From positions 21,640,001 through 21,704,000 of the forward strand of contig NC_086118.1 of assembly GCF_963921235.1 (NCBI RefSeq): DNA of 64,000 bases, in the 5' to 3' direction. The notes under the pieces were generated by a model, which was given only the letters and a program-made list of their open reading frames with translations, did no database searches and was not told the origin of the DNA. Below are positions 25,155-38,099 of the stretch, piece after piece. The translations under genes and the position numbers were made by a program. This stretch comes from Mobula hypostoma (lineage: Eukaryota). How positions within the stretch are numbered: position 1 is the stretch's first letter; each line of letters opens with the position of its first letter.

Positions 25155-25465
25155 ATAAAAGATTAGCTTTATTTGTCACATGTTAGTACATCGAAACATG
25201 GAGTGAAATGCGTCATTTACGTCAAATCAGATCAGTGAAAATTGTGCTGAGCAACCTGCAAGGTTAGCATGCTTCTGGTGCCAACAAAACATCGTCTCAA
25301 ATTCACTAACCTTAACATTGTTGGAATGTGGCAGGAAATTGAAGCATCCCGAGAAAACACACATGCTCATGGCAAACTCCTTACAGACAGCAAAGAGAAT
25401 TGAAATTCAGTCTTACAGCTGTCACTGTAAAGCAATTGCACTAACCCTAACACTACGGTTCCGCC
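25155..25465 (-). mobile_element. tRNA-derived (V-type) SINE
   Basis: tRNA-like head at ~25395-25465, central ttggaatgtgg...aaactccttacagacag, tail gattagctttatttgtcaca. Confidence 0.55.
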
Positions 25466-26200
25466 CTACTATCAGTATCAATGAAGAATAACTGAATGGA
25501 GTCAATTTAGTGTCGATGCTTTTGTGAGTATCTGCATGCATATGTTTGCATGTTCTACATTAAAAAACAATTTTAAACAGTCAAACATTTTCAATTTATG
25601 GGAAAACACTGGTTGTTCCAACTTATTGGTTGGTTTGTTTGTTAACAAGACTAAATGTTTATTCTATTGTTTCTATTAAAATATTTAAATACATTCATTA
25701 TGTCTACGAAATAAAATGGGTTTAATAAACACAGAACGAGCATGATATCTTCATTACCTTCATTATTGTCTTCATGCACCATAAACTAGTCATCGGTTCA
25801 ATATACAGCTATCCTGAAAGAGTAAACACCCTTGCTGTATAACAATGTGAGTTGAGCTGCCCTGAAGGTTCAGCCATTAATTATGAGTCCTGAATCATCC
25901 AGCCCAGCAAGTTCCACCTTTTATTCCTATTCAGTGCTGAATCAGCAGTCTTAGGTCAGTAACTAGGATGTTGCAATTTACATTGAACAATGACTCAGAA
26001 GATGACATTTTAACATTGAGTGTATGAGTAACTTGAGACATAGGGCCATACACTGCTCTGGAGGAAGAAATAACCCAGGGTTCACAAAGCTCCAAAGCCT
26101 GAGATTTTCCTTCCACTGTTTCTGGGTTTGCTTTTGACTAATATTTATTTCATAATTAATCAATATCTGCATTATTGTTGTAACTGTGCCCCAGGATAGG

Positions 26201-26429
26201 GGGGGAGGGAACGTCGACTCAGACCATGAGAGGTCTGCGTCGGGCATTTTCATGCCTTACAAGGCGCAGATTGGAAGTCTGCGTGGGGCGCCACTCCTCG
26301 CACAGGGTAGAGCAATGTGTGATTAAAAAGTGCCTTGCTCAAGGGCACAAACATGCTGCCACAGCTGAGGCTCGAACTAGCGACCTTGAGGTAACTAGAC
26401 AAACGCCTTAACCACTTGGCCATGTGCCC
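26201..26429 (-). mobile_element. tRNA-derived SINE with CORE-like domain
   Basis: A box TGGCCAAGTGG (26412-26422), B box GTTCGAGCC (26369-26377), CORE-like gtgcccttgagcaaggcact; TSD cccaggatagg (26190-26200 and 26427-26437). Confidence 0.8.
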
Positions 26430-26529
26430 AGGATAGGAGAATATATTAAAGGTGAAGGTAAGTCTTTCTTGATGTAGTCACTCTGATCCTCCTGAATGGT
26501 CAGAGTGCCGCTGAGTGAGGAGACTCGGG

Positions 26530-26663
26530 AGACACAAGAGCTTCTGCAGATGCTGGAAGTCTGGAGCAACCTCATAAAATTCTGGAGGAACTGAACAGGT
26601 CAGTCAGCATCTATGAAGGGAAATAAACAGTCATTGTTTTAGGCTGAGACCCTTGATCAGGAT
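26530..26663 (-). mobile_element. Penelope-like terminus truncated at the start of the hammerhead motif
   Basis: ctgcagatgctgg...cagtcattgttttaggctgagacccttgatcagga. Confidence 0.65.
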
Positions 26664-26959
26664 TTATGAGGTACAAGAGCCTGAATGCCAACACTCAATT
26701 ATTCAGAAACAAGTTCTTCCTCTCTGCCATCAGATATCTGAATGGACCATGAACCCGTGAACACTGCCTTGTTATTCTTATTTATTTATGTTTGCAACTT
26801 ATTGAAATTTTATTTCTGTACATCTGCCGCGAAACAATATATTTCACATCAGTTAAATCTATTAATAGATATGATTCTGACTCTGACACTAAAATGACCA
26901 CGGATGAGAGTTCTATGTTAAGCAACTAATGCTTGTTGCATGTGTTAATGAACGTTGGA

Positions 26960-27590
26960 GACAGAAATGACATGAGCTCTTCAGTCCGACTCATCCATGC
27001 CAACCAAAATGTCCGTCTGAGCTTGTCTCATTTGCCTGAATTTTGCTCACTTCCCTCTGTACCTTTTCTATTCACATATCTCTCCAAATGCCATTCAAAT
27101 ATTGTAATTATACCCATCTCTGCTGGCAGCTGGTTCCATGTCCCCACCACAACCTGTGCCACAAACTACCCCTTTTAAATCCCTCCTTTCAAAACTATGC
27201 CCCCTAATTTTAGATTTGCCTACACTGGGCAAAAGCCTGTGACCAACGACTTTATGATGATTCTCATGTTATTATGTACCTCCATAAGATCACCCTCATA
27301 CACTTCATGGAAAACAGTCCCAGTTGGGTGACTGGAATGCTGAACAAAAATACTCCAAGCGCAGTGTCCCCAGCATCCTGTACAGTTACAACATGACATC
27401 CCAACTCCTGGACTCAATGCCCTGGGCGATGAAGGTAAGTGTCTCAAATGCCTTATTCACCACCATACCTTACTGTGTTGCCACTTCCAGGGAACTATGT
27501 ACATATACCCGAGAGCTCTCTGTTCTGTAAAACTCGCCAAGCACTACAATTTACAGTGTTATCCCCACCCTGGTTTAATTGGCTGAAATT
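26960..27590 (-). mobile_element. CR1 LINE 3' fragment
   Basis: Minus-strand CR1 C-terminal nucleotide motifs (tactccaag...cagcatcctgtacagttacaacatgacatccc). Confidence 0.6.
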
Positions 27591-27599
27591 GAACTAAAT

Positions 27600-30500
27600 G
27601 GACCAGATGGAGTGCACCTCAGGATTCAGAAAGTGGCCACCGAAGAGATTGTGGAGGCATTAGCAGTGATCTTTTAAAAATGGTTTCAGAGGACTGTCAC
27701 TTCGCTGTACAAGGAGGGAGGCAGGCAAAAGGCAAGAAATTATCGGTGGTTGACAAGATGTTAGAGCTCATTATTAAGGTTGAGGTTTTGGAATACTTGG
27801 AGGCACATGATTAGAGTGGCCAAAGTCAGCATGGTTCCCATAAGGGGAAATCTTGCCTGACAAATGCGTTGGGAAAAAGTAGGCAGGATAGACAAAGGAG
27901 AATGGTAGATGTTGTTTACTCTGATTTTCAGAACACCTTTGACAAGGTGGCTGCACATGAAGCTGCTAAGTAAGATCAGAGCCCATGGTATTACAGAAAA
28001 GATATAGCATGGACAGTATAGCATAGACAGAAGATGGGCTGAATGGCAGGAGACAAAGAGAGCGAATAATTGAGTCTGTTCTGTTTATTGCACTGGGAAG
28101 GAAGGTGTTGAGAATAACACACAAAGAGATGAAGAAGTGAGGAACAAACGTGCTGCTGTTTATTTTGCTTGTAAGTCATCTACTCAGAATGTCCTCTCAC
28201 ATTACATTCAGTACGTCACACACAGGGAAACTTGACAGCAACCCGTAAGGGTCATACTATACATGAATGTATAACATATATACCTCCCCACTTACTTTAA
28301 AGGTTTTCCCCCTTTCCCATACACAGACATCTGCGTAACTGCTAATCTAGAATGGAGTAATCATCAAATTCAACCAACAATAAAAAGCATTTTTTTTCTA
28401 AACTAGAGAAAGAAGGGAGACTGCCTCTATTGCCAGACATAACCCCGGGGATTATTCTGCCCCATAAACTGAGGGTTAGTCACTAAACTAGAGATTCATT
28501 CTGTCTGGTGGCCGCCTGTTCCTGTGAGGGTACTGATGATCTGGGGATGATGCTGAAGTCATTTTATCTGTTGGTGGTGTATGTACAGTTCGATCTTGAC
28601 TTGGGTGCTGCATTGTCAGTAGGGGACAACTCAGAAAGCTCAGGTGATTGAGGAGCACTGATCTTAATGGAAGCTCTGTAATTGTCTCAGAATCATGTCT
28701 GATTTGTACAACTCGATCTGAATTGGTCAATTTCTGTTGTTTCTTTAGAAGGAGGCAACAGCTGATCAGCTTGCTTTCTCCAGATGTTGTGGTTTTGCTA
28801 GCTTTCACTGTGTATGACGTAGGACCAGCTTGTGCCTCCAGCATCACAGGCATCCACTTTGTTCCAGAGATGTAGTTCTGAGCAAGTACTCTCTCTCCTG
28901 CTGTGAAACCTTTGCACCTTGCTTTGGCATGTCCCTCTTCTTCGGATTTCTGTTCACTTAGAACAATCTGCTTTGTGTCGGGGGGGGGGGGTCTAAGCAG
29001 GTCAGGCTGGGTGCATAGCTGTCTTTTCATCAGTGCAGTGGCTGGAGCCATTTTGGTGGTGATGTGAGGTGGGTTGCAGAATGTCAGCAAGAAAGACCTA
29101 AGATGCTGGTTAAGGGAGCTGCTTCCCACTGAAGTCTTGAAAGCTTGTTTCATCGTTTGTATGAATTGTTCAGCAAGGCCACTAGTGACTGAATGATATG
29201 ATGCTGAGTAGTGTTTGCTTCCATCAATGCCTTGAACTCTTCAGGTAGGAGTTGTGGGCCATTGTCACTTACAAGCTGTTGCGGAAGCCAAGAATGTCTA
29301 AAGATGGAATGAAGCTCCTCAATGCATTTTTGAGATGTAGTGCTCTTCATGGTGGCAACCACGGGCCATTTTCTGTGTGCGTCCTCTACGACCAGCAACA
29401 GGACCTTTACACCTGCAAAGTCTATGTGAATCTTCTGTCATGGTTCTTCAGGCCACTCCCATGGATACAAGGAGCAAGTTGAGGAATATTTCTCGCCTGC
29501 TGACAATGTGGGCATGCTTTGGCCTTCTTTTCAATGGTTACATCCAGTCCTGGCCACCAGAAGTAGCTGTGTGTGATGTATTTCATGTGCACTGTGCTAC
29601 AGTGCATTGCATGCAGCTTGTCAAATACTTGCTTTCTTAATGGTGGAGGAATGACAACATGGTAACCCCACAGTAAACATCTTGCTTGAACTGTAAGCTC
29701 CTTCCATCGAGCCTGGTAAGGGTTCAAATCCATGATTGGGTCTCCTTTCCATTCCTGAGTTACCATGTCCACCACTTTAGATAGAACAGGGTCAGTAAAT
29801 GTGTATTTCTGGATTTGCGCCGCAGTTATCGGAGCTGTAGGTGCTTCCTTGAAGTAAAAGATCTCTTTTGAGGATGGCTTTGGAGCTTAACAGCAAAGAG
29901 AAGTCTGGACAGTCCACCAGTATTTGAATGGTGCTTTGACAACCTGTGCTTTTTACCATACCAATATACAGATAAGTAACAGAGCCCACTGTTGCATTTG
30001 ACTATTGTCCAGGGAAGGAACGCTCACACGTGGACCAAGTATCTATGTCAAGAGGCGATGATCTGATTTTCATCTGACAACATGATGTGTGAGATAACTG
30101 CCCCCACACAGGACAGTTAGCCTGTGACACAGCTTAGGGTGATGTGTCACAGGCCAACTGAATGGGCAATGACGGGTTGAAGTATGTGAGTGCTTCAGAT
30201 TGCGACAAAGCTGTTTTGGCCTTTTTAAAAGTCTCTTCACAGTGATCTGTCCACTGCCAGTGTGTTGATTTATTTAAAAACTCATGATGAGCTTTCAGCA
30301 CGCTGGCTAGGTTAGTAACAACTTCGTGTGGTATATTAATAGTCCTAAGAAAGAACTGAATTGACTTATATTCGATGGGGATGAAGCATCCATGATTGCC
30401 TTCACCTTTGATGATACGTTGTGAAGCCTTATGTTGTTGATCATGTGGCTCAAATATTCACTTGAAGGGGGAAAGAACTCACACTTGTCCTTCCAGATAC

Positions 30501-33030
30501 TTAGCCCATATTCTTTGTGTCTTTGTAGTGTAGCATTCTAGTATTGTAGGTACTCACGCTCATTCTTCCCAGTAATTAGTACGCCATCCAAATAGCAATT
30601 CACCCCGTCAACCTGCTCAGGATTTGGTCCATTGCTCTCTGAAAAAGTCCAAGTGCCGAGGTGAAGCTTTCAGTACCTAAGCATTCCTTTATGAATCACT
30701 TTGGTCAACAATTCCTGGACTCTGGCTCCACACACACTTGCAAGTCTACTTGACACAAGTCAGTCTTGCTAAATGTCTGTCCACTGCCCAATCCTGCCAA
30801 AAGGTCCTCAATAAGGGAAAGAGGGCATCGTCCAGCCACAAGAACTGGGTTAATGCTCAAAGTCTCCACAAAGCCTGAAAGACCCATCCTTTTTGAGGAC
30901 AGGAACCACTAGAGTTGCTGGTTCCAGTACCTTACTCTGGACCAGCCTTTTCAATTCAGCCTCTGTCTTGGGGTTTGGGGGTGTATGGAACAAGTCTTGC
31001 CTTCAGGCATTTGGGTGTTGAGTCGAGCTTAACAGTGATTCCTTTCATTCTGCCCAGTTCTCCATTGAATACTTCTGTGTGTTTCTTCTATACCTCTTGT
31101 AGACCAGTGCTCCCACCAGGTGAGTTTGAGCTGCTCCAATATGAGTAGCCCAGAACAGCTGGATAACTGCCTTTCACAATGCACAGTGGAAGTTTCTTTC
31201 TCTGTTCATTAATCTGCATGTACTACTCCCCTCACTGGAGCAACCTCACCAGTGTAAGTCTTTAAGGTCGACCTTGCTCCTTCTGGGGTGAGATGCTGCA
31301 ATTTATCCTTGTAAACTGTCTCTGACACCAGTGATATTTCAACACCCATGTCTATCTGCATCCGCACTCTGACCCCATCCAATCACAGGCTCACCCAATA
31401 GCTGTGTTAGTGTCCTGAAAACAGATAAAACATGCAAAGCTTCTTCAACAACAGAGTGAGAGTCACTCAGTCCAACCTAAATATACTCCATCTTATTCAC
31501 GTTTCTTCTTGTTTTTTCAAAAGTCATTTTTCTTTATTAATGTTTCTGGTTAATGGTATCTTTTTACTCTTACTGATGTATTCAATATGTTCCCTTTTGC
31601 CACAGCTTTGACAATCTGAATCCTTATACCAGCATTCTCTTGTTGAACATCCAGTTTTCTACAATGGTAACACTGATTGCCAATAGCTTTCTTACTCTCA
31701 AAGTCAGTAGAAACTTTATGAACTTGGGAAGATGCACTTAATGGTTGTGCTCCTACATCGCCATCTCCAGAGATGGACTAATCTCAATTGCCTTCTGTAA
31801 TGTTAGCTTTGTCTTGTGTAAGCCAACATTTCTGAATTACCTCACCTTGCAGACCATATATGAGTCTATCACATAATGTGTCATTCAGCAACTGGCCAAG
31901 ATCACTGTGTTCAGGCAATTGCTTCAGCACTGCCACAAACCGTGAAGTAGTTTCGCCTGCCTCATGATTCCTTTTTCAAAATCTAAACCTCTCAAAAATA
32001 ATCAAAGGGTGAAGTTAATAGTGGCCTTTAAGACTTTAACTGTCTTCATAAGGCCTATCGTCAAGCTTGGCAGATTACACTACTCTGCGTAATAACTTAA
32101 ATGTTTTTGCACCCATCACAGTCAGAAAAATTGGAACATGAATATCATCTGAAATTTGATTTGCTTGTGCAAAATATCTAAGTATTTCAGTATAGGAACT
32201 CCATTGCTCTGTCATTTCATCATATGGCCCCATATTTCCAAATATTGTCAACATTTTCAAACACCATCATGCTCCAGAAAAGTTAACTAGTCTTATCTGT
32301 CTCTCTCTCTCTTCCTCTCTTATTTAGCCATCCACGCTTCCTGCTGCCGTTTTATTTTCGCTCATCTGCATTCACCTCCAACACTGCACACGGACTGTTC
32401 TTGGTGAAGAGAACAAAACAATAACTATCACATGAGGATTTGTCATCTTGTTGCTAGTGGTTATGTTTGTGTCACACAGGAGGGACAGAGAGGTGAGAAA
32501 CAAACGTGCTGCTCTTTATTTTGCTTGTAAGTCATCTACCCAGAATGCCCTCTCACATTACGTTCTGTATGTATCACACAGGGAAGCTTGATGGCAACCC
32601 ATAACAGTCAAAATATACCTGAATACATAACTGGGGTCTTTTCTGGTTGTCCTGTTGGTGACTAGTGGTGTTCCACAGGGGTCAGTGTTGGGTCCGTTCT
32701 TTTTACGTTATATGGTAATGATCTGGATGATAGAATTGATGGCATTGTGGTAGTGTGAGGAAGCGGTGTGTCTGCAAAAGGACGTGGGCAGGTTAGGAGA
32801 ATGGCCAAAGAAGAGGCAAATTGAACCACAGTGTAAGGAATTGTATAGTCATGCACTTGTTGGAAGCAATAAAGACTACTTTCTAAACAAAGCAAAATCA
32901 GAAGTTGGAGGTGCAAAAAACACTTGTATTCCTAGAGGATAACTTACAGGTTATGTTGATGGTAAGGAATGTAAATGCAATGCCAGCCTTCGTTTTGAGA
33001 GCACCAGAATATAAAAGCAAGGATATAATT
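27600..33030 (+). mobile_element. CR1 RT fragment split by the Gypsy insertion at 28077-32632
   Basis: cagcatggtt and gattttcagaacacctttgacaaggt on the left; GVPQGSVLGP (agtggtgttccacaggggtcagtgttgggtccg) resumes after 32640. Confidence 0.75.
28077..32632 (-). mobile_element. Decayed Ty3/Gypsy LTR retrotransposon (Mag-like) with short diverged LTRs
   Basis: LTR-like direct repeats ~28077-28277 and ~32458-32632; gag GNMGPYDEMTEQWSSYTE; RT LIEDLLAGLGSGQTFSKTDL and YLDG; IN SYFWWPGLD..CPHCQ and SDNGPQ; degenerate TGGCGACGAG-type PBS at ~32445-32457. Confidence 0.85.
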
Positions 33031-34183
33031 CAGAGCTTAAGTCACATGTATGCAATGGAATGAAGGGAATTACGGAGGCATGAGAGAGGAGCTTGCCCAG
33101 GTGGATTGGAAGGGGATATTGGCGGGGATGACGGCGGAGCAGAGGTGGCTGTAGTTTCTGGGTATAGTTCACAAGGCACAGGACAGAAGAGAAGTTCTCA
33201 AATAGCAGGGCTAGGCAACTGTGGTTGACAAGGGAAATTAGGACTGCATAAAAACCAAGGAAAGGGCATATAAGGTAACAAAGGTGAGTGGGAAGTTGGA
33301 TAATTGGGAAGCTTTTAAAATCCAAAAAAGGCAACTAAAAATGCTATCAGAAGGGAAAAGATGAAATATGAGGGCAAACTAGCCAATAATATACAGCAGG
33401 ATACTAAAGTTTTTCAGTTATATAAAGAATAAAAGGGAGGTGAGAGCTGATATAGAATCAGTGGAAAATGATGCTGGTGAAGTAGAAATGACAGATGAAC
33501 TTAATGGGTACTTTGCATCAGACTTCATTGTAGAAGACACTAGTAGTGTGCCAGAGGTCCATGAGTGTCAGGGAGCAGGAGTGAGTGCCATTGCTATTAC
33601 AAAGGAAAAAGTGCTAGGCAAGCTCCAAGGTCTTAAGGTGGATAAGTCACCTGGATCAGATGGACTACATCCCAGAGTCCTGAGAGAGGATGCTGAAAGA
33701 TCCTTGATCATGCCTTGGTCATGATCTTTCAAGAATCACTTGATTCTGGCATGATCCTGGAGGACAGGAAGATTGCAAATGTCACTTCACTCTTTAAAAA
33801 GGGAGGGAGGCAAAAGAAAGGAAATTATAGGCCAGTTAGCCAAACCTCAGTGGTTGGGAAAGTGTTGGAGTCCATTATTAAAGAAGAGGTTTTGGGGTAC
33901 TTGGAGACTAGTGATAAAATAAGTCAAAATCAGCATGGTTTCTGTGAAGGGCAATCTTGCCTGAGAAACCTGTTAAGAGTTCTTCGAGGAAGTAACAAGC
34001 AGGGTGGACAAAGGAGAGGCAGTGGATGTTATTTACTTGGATTTTCAGAAGGCATTTGATAAGGTGCCACTCATGAGGCTGCTTAACAAGATAAAATCCT
34101 ATGGTGTTACAGGAAAGATACTCGCATGGATAGAGCAATGGCTGACAGGCAGGAGGCAGCAAATGGAAATAAAGGGGGCCTTT

Positions 34184-34802
34184 ACTTAAGCAAGATCTCC
34201 CAGTGGCCACACATTTTAATTCCACGTCCCATTCCCATTCTGATATGTCTATCCACGGCCTCCTCTACTGTTAAGATGAAGCCACACTCAGGTTGAGGAA
34301 CAACACCTTATGTTCCATTTGGGTAGCCTCCAACCTGATGGCATAAACATTGACTTCTCTAACTTCCGTTAATGCCCCTCCTCCCCTTCTTACCTCATCC
34401 CTTATTAATTAATTAATTAATTAATTAAACCCCCCCCCCTTTTTTAATCTCTTTTTTCTCTCACTGTCCCTCTCACAATAACTCCTTGCCTACTCTCCAT
34501 CTTCCTCTGGTGCTCCCCTCCCCCTTTCTTTCTCCCTAGGCCTCCCATCCCATGATTCTCTCCCTTTTCCAGCCTTGTATCCCTTCTGCCAATCAACTTT
34601 CCAGCTCCTAGCTTCATCTCTCCTCCTCCTGTCTTCTCCTTTCATTTCAGATCTTCCCCTCCCCCTCCCACTTCCAAATCTCTTACTATCTCTTCTTTCA
34701 GTTAGTCCTGACGAAGGGTCTCGGCCCAAAACGTCGACTGTACCTCTTCCTAGAGATGCTGCCTGGCCTGCTGCATTCCACCAGCATTTTGTGTGCGTTG
34801 CT
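34184..34802 (+). mobile_element. Penelope-like element 3' fragment (GIY-YIG C-terminus plus terminus)
   Basis: Encodes DLPVATHFNSTSHSHSDMSIHGL...EQHLMFHLGSLQPDGINIDFSNFR*; 14-bp TSD taaagggggccttt (34170-34183 and 34803-34816). Confidence 0.9.
34704..34739 (+). ncRNA. Hammerhead ribozyme motif, GAAA mutated to AAAA
   Basis: agtc-CTGACGA-agggtctcggccc-AAAA-c-GTC-gact; stems I and II intact. Confidence 0.55.
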
Positions 34803-36049
34803 TAAAGGGGGCCTTTTCTGGTCGGCTGCCAGTGACTAGTGGTGTTCCTCAGCAGTCAGTACTGGGACTGCTACTTTTCACATTGTCACTGATTTGGATA
34901 ACGGATCGATGGCTTTGTGGCAAAGTTTACAGATAACATGCAGATAGGTGGAGGGGTCGGTAGTGCTGAGGAAGCAATGCGATTGCAGCAGGGCTTAGAC
35001 AAATTGAAACAATGGGCAAACAAGTGGCAGTTGGAATACTGTGTTGAGAAATATATGATAATGTATTTTGGTAAAAGGAAAAATAGTGCAGACTATTATC
35101 TAAATAGGGGAGAAAACTCAAACAAATGAAGTACAGAGGGACTTAGGGGTCCTTGTGCAAGACTCCCAGAAGGTTAATTTATAGGTTGAGTTTGTGGTAA
35201 AGAAGGCAACTACAATTTTGGCATTTATTTCAAGGGGAATAGAATATGGAGGCAAGGAGATAATGCTGAGGCTTTAAGACACCAGTCAGGCCACACTTGG
35301 AGGATTGTCAACAGTTTTGGGCTCCATATCTCAGAAAAGATATGTTGTCATTGGAGAGAGTCCAGAGGAGGTTCACAAGGATGATTCTGGGAATGAAGGA
35401 GTTAACACAATAGGAGCATTTGCCAGCTTTGGGCCTGTGCTCACTGGAATTTAGAAGAACGTGGAGAGATCTCATTGAAGCCTATCAAATGTTGAAAGGA
35501 CTAGATAAGGTGGATGTGGAGAGGATGTTTTCTATGGTGGGAGTATCCAGAACCAGAGGGTACAGCCTCAAAATTGAGGGGTGACTTTTTAAGAACAAGG
35601 GTAAGGAGGAAAGTTTTTAGACAGAGTAGTGAATCTGTGGAGTGCTTTGCCACGGACTGCGGTGGAGGCCAAGTCCGTGGGTATATTTAAAGCAGAAGTT
35701 GATTGTTTCCTAACTGGTCAGGGCATCAAAGGATAGGGTAAGAAGGCAGGTGTATGGGGTTGAGTGGGATCCGGGATCAGCCATGATGGAATGGTGGAGC
35801 AGACTTGACGGGCTGAATGGCCTAATTCTGCTCCTATGTCTTATGGTCAAAACGTTTCACAGGGAGATCAGGAAATGGCCACCTCAGCACTGCAGGACTG
35901 CTTCAGAAGGCATTAGTCAGACCACACTTGAAGTGTTATTAGTGGTTTTGGACCCTGTATCTAAACAAGGATGTGCTGGGATTGGAGAGGGTCCAAACCA
36001 GGTTTATGAGGATGTTCCCATAATGGAAGGATTAACATTCGAGGAGCAT

Positions 36050-37415
36050 TGACAGTCCTGACAGAAACGTGGCTTCAACACCATTCCAGACTTGGCCATC
36101 GAGCGAACAATGCCTGAACTCCTTTTCAGGAAGCCAGAAATGCTGCATCCTCCTGTAAGACCCATGGAGGAGGTCTGTGTGACTGCAGCAATAAGGACTG
36201 GTGTGCGGACACCTCAGTAGTACTAGCCCACTGCTCACCAGAGACAAAGTTTTTAATGGTGGAGTGCAGGCCCTTCTACTTACTGAGGGAGTTCAGTGCC
36301 GTTGCGATTGTTGCTGTTCACATCCACCGCACCATCCCACCGCCCCCCCCCCCCCGGGCTGGTGCTGGGGAAGTCTGTAGGAGCTCTACATCGCCGTCTG
36401 CTGCTTCACAGCCACTCACCCTGATGATGTCTTCACTGCTGCAGGTGACTTCAATCGCGCCAACTTAAAAGCAGTCCTGCCACAATACTACCAGCACGTC
36501 TACTTCACAACCAGAGGAAAGAATATATTAGAACTGGCTTATAAGGCTGCCCCCTGCCCTCACTTCGGATACCCAGACCATGTATCCATTTTGTTAATCC
36601 CTGCATATAGACCACTGTTAAACAAAGCAAAACAGTTGTCAGGGAGGTGAGGAACTGGCCAGTCCAGTGCTGCAGGACTGCTTCAGAAGCACAGACTGGA
36701 AGCGGCTACCGACAATCATCGCATCAATATTGATAAATATCAGGCATCAGAGACTGACAATGCATTGAGGACGTTACCGTTAGTAGACACTAGACTGTCG
36801 GGGCAAAGCAGAGGTCATGGCTGACTGCAGAGGTTTGTGCACTGCTTAGGGATCGGGGGACGGGATGTCTCCAATGTCAGCAAGAGCCTCGATCTCCCAT
36901 GCCATCAGGAAGACAGAGCGTGAGTAGGCACAAAAAATCCACAGGCACTTTGTGACACCAGGGGTGTGTGCTTCATGTGGCAAGGTATACAAACCATAAC
37001 CGATTATGCTCGTCAATGAGTGCGATGCCTCCCTTCCTGATGGGTTGATTGCTTTCTATGAATGGCTGCATCATTGTGTAGTATGGGAAGCTGCAAGGCC
37101 CTATGGAGGATAGTAAAAACAGCGGAGATGATTATTGGGCTGTCCCTGCCCCCCATTTGCGACATTTACTAGGAGTGTGCAGACAAAGGTCCCAAAGCAT
37201 TGTTGAGGATCTGTACTACCCATCTCCCAATCTTTTTGATCCACTACCATCAGGATGGAAATACAGGAGCATCAAGACTAGGAATGCCAGACTTGGTAAC
37301 AGTTTCTTCCCTCAGGCCTTGAGGTTTAAAATTACCCTGTCATCATAGAGGTCTCGTCACTAGGACAGTGAGCGGTTTGCTATACTGTTTACTAGTTATT
37401 GTTTACTTGTGCTAT
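36050..37415 (+). mobile_element. Internally deleted Rex/Babar-type LINE
   Basis: Endonuclease motifs VECRPFYLLREFSAV and AGDFN; C-terminal LFDPLPSGWKYRSIKTR..RLGNSFFPQA. Confidence 0.75.
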
Positions 37416-37545
37416 TCAAAGTTCAAAGTGATTTTATTGTCGAAGTACATATATGTCACCATATCCAAACATGAGATTCATTGTCTTGTAGGTATACTCA
37501 ATAAATCCATCGAATAATAACCATAACAGAATCAAGAAAAGACTG

Positions 37546-38099
37546 GGAAATCTGCAGATGCTGGAATTTCAAGCAACACACATAAAAAAATGCTGGTGAA
37601 CGCAGCAGGCCAGGCAGCATCTCTAGGGAGAGGTACAGTTGACGTTTCGGGCCAAGACCCTTCGTCAGGACTAACTGAAAGAAAAGTTAGTAAGAGATTT
37701 GAACGTGGGAGGGAGAGGGGGAGATCCAAAATGATAGGAGAAGACAGGAGGGGGAGGGACGGAGCCAAGAGCAGGAAAGTTGATTGGTAAAAGGGATACC
37801 AGGCTGGAGAAAGGAGAGGATCATGGGATGGGAGGCCTAGGGAGAAAGAAAGGGGGAGGGGGGGAAAGCCCAGAGGATGGGCAAAGAGTATATTGAGAGG
37901 GACAGAGGGAGAAAAAGGAGAGAGAGAAATAAAAAAATATTTTAAAATAATTTATAAATAAATAAACAAACAAACAAATAAATAAACAAACAAATAAATA
38001 AATAACAGATGGGGTACGAAAGGAAGGTAGGGCATGACAAAGAGTCTCGGCCCAAAACGTTGCTCGACCTACAGATGCTGCCTGTCCTGCTGTGTTCAC
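37546..38099 (-). mobile_element. Penelope-like terminus plus inverted partial terminus
   Basis: Minus-strand terminus 37546-38034, plus-strand piece 38035-38099; 13-bp TSD caagaaaagactg (37533-37545 and 38100-38112). Confidence 0.88.
37637..37672 (-). ncRNA. Minimal type I hammerhead ribozyme motif (core intact, one stem I mismatch)
   Basis: Minus strand reads agtc-CTGACGA-agggtcttggccc-GAAA-c-GTC-aact. Confidence 0.7.

Larger units (their letters stand above)
33040..35848 (+). mobile_element. 5'-truncated CR1 LINE (ORF2 RT to 3' tail) with nested Penelope-like insertion
   Basis: KSPGSDGLHPRVL, NYRPVS, QHGF, YLDFQKAFDKVP, KFTDN; tail ctcctatgtcttatggtc. Confidence 0.92.

Noticed and set aside
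26360..26429. tRNA gene
   Set aside because: The A and B boxes run into SINE body sequence, and the unit is flanked by a TSD.
34403..34428. (AATT)n palindromic tract
   Set aside because: A simple microsatellite at a position where other copies of the same element also have variable AT-rich repeats.
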